Assembly (NCBI RefSeq): GCF_006345805.1
Contig: NC_043000.1
Span: forward strand, 155,372,001-155,436,000
Length of the DNA stretch: 64,000 nucleotides
Direction of reading: 5' to 3'
Source: Octopus sinensis
Taxonomy: Eukaryota
The position numbers were made by a program, and so were the translations under genes. The notes beneath the pieces are model-generated. The model was given only the letters and a program-made list of their open reading frames with translations. It made no database searches and was not told the DNA's origin. Below, one piece after another: positions 63,141 to 64,000 of the stretch (position 1 is the stretch's first letter; each line of letters begins with the position of its first letter).

Positions 63141-63556
63141 TACTCTTAGTCTCTCTTTTACTCTTTTACTTGTTTCAGTCATTTGACTGCGGCCATGCTG
63201 GAGCACTGCCTTTAGTCGAGCAAATTAACCCCAGGACCTATTTTTTGCAAGTCTAGTACTTATTCTATCGGTCTCTTTTGCCGAACTGCTAAGTTACGGG
63301 GACGTAAACACACCAGCATCGGTTGTCAAGTGATGTTGGTGGGACAAACACAAACACAAACACACACACACACATATATATATACATATATACGACGGGC
63401 TTCTTTCACTTTCCGTCGACCAAATCCACTCACAAGGCTTTGATCGGCCCAAGGCTATAGTAGAAGACACCTGCCCAAGGTGCCACGCAGTGGGACTGAA
63501 CCCGGAACCATGTGGTTGGTAAGCAAACTACTTACTACACAGCCACTCCTGCGCCT
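63141..63556 (-). mobile_element. SINE family A, full length, tail-to-tail with the LINE
   Basis: Reverse complement of the consensus. Confidence 0.9.
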
Positions 63557-63614
63557 AGCTACTTACCACACAGACACAGCCACATGTATATACATACTTA
63601 TTTGCATACCACCA

Positions 63615-63975
63615 TATATACGGAAGTGGTAACAAAAAAGTACTCGAACTTGTTCAGATGGCAGCACACGGTTGCGTGCGCAGTGAGAGCTAGCAGTGAC
63701 TTTCATGAGGCTGTGTGTCAAGTGACGTCACCGTTTTTACTTTGCAGTTGTGAAATTTGTGCTTTTGCGATTACGTATATGCTGTAGTCTGCAATTTTTG
63801 TCATAGACAGTTGGAAGAAAGAGCCAACGGGAAATGTTAGGTTAAACATGGAAAGTCTACTACGGAGATATTGAGTATACTTCGACAAGCTTACGGCGAC
63901 GAGACAGTGGGTCATACACAATGTTTCGAGTGGCACGGGCGCTTCAAAAGCGGAGGAACGTCCCCAGACGTTTTC
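63615..63975 (+). mobile_element. Mariner 5' fragment
   Basis: Translates KHGKSTTEILSILRQAYGDETVGHTQCFEWHGRFKSG (mariner HTH). Confidence 0.7.
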
Positions 63976-64000
63976 CTCCCTCATACGCAGTATTGTACAT

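Overview
Repeat-dense, AT-rich eukaryotic DNA with no recognisable host gene exon, rRNA, true tRNA or CRISPR. The SINE families and microsatellite spectrum suggest an octopus (cephalopod) genome; this is inference, not a database result. All recognisable coding sequence comes from transposons. (1) Three CR1/L2-group LINE families: a near-identical tandem pair at 0.37-6.9 kb, a (TAAC)n-tailed pair each nested in a SINE, and a family whose 3' end is shared with the dominant SINE. (2) RTE-type LINEs. (3) A cluster of R4/Dong-type RLE retroelements in (TAA)n tracts at 23.8-29.4 kb. (4) A Ty3/Gypsy gag-pol relic. (5) One full-length and three partial mariners. (6) A Helitron-like element. (7) About 30 tRNA-derived SINE copies in about four families, plus many microsatellites. 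The strongest candidate for something undescribed is a 278-bp palindrome at 54801-55078. Each arm folds into a minimal type-I hammerhead-ribozyme-like motif with a swapped G3-C8 core pair and a palindromic stem III, as in the dimer-cleaving ribozymes of Penelope-like elements. Related degenerate cores lie at 48.0 and 41.4 kb. A covarying 3' hairpin-GAAAC element shared by the main SINE and two LINE families is the second highlight. Family labels A-D are my own working names. Many element boundaries are approximate.
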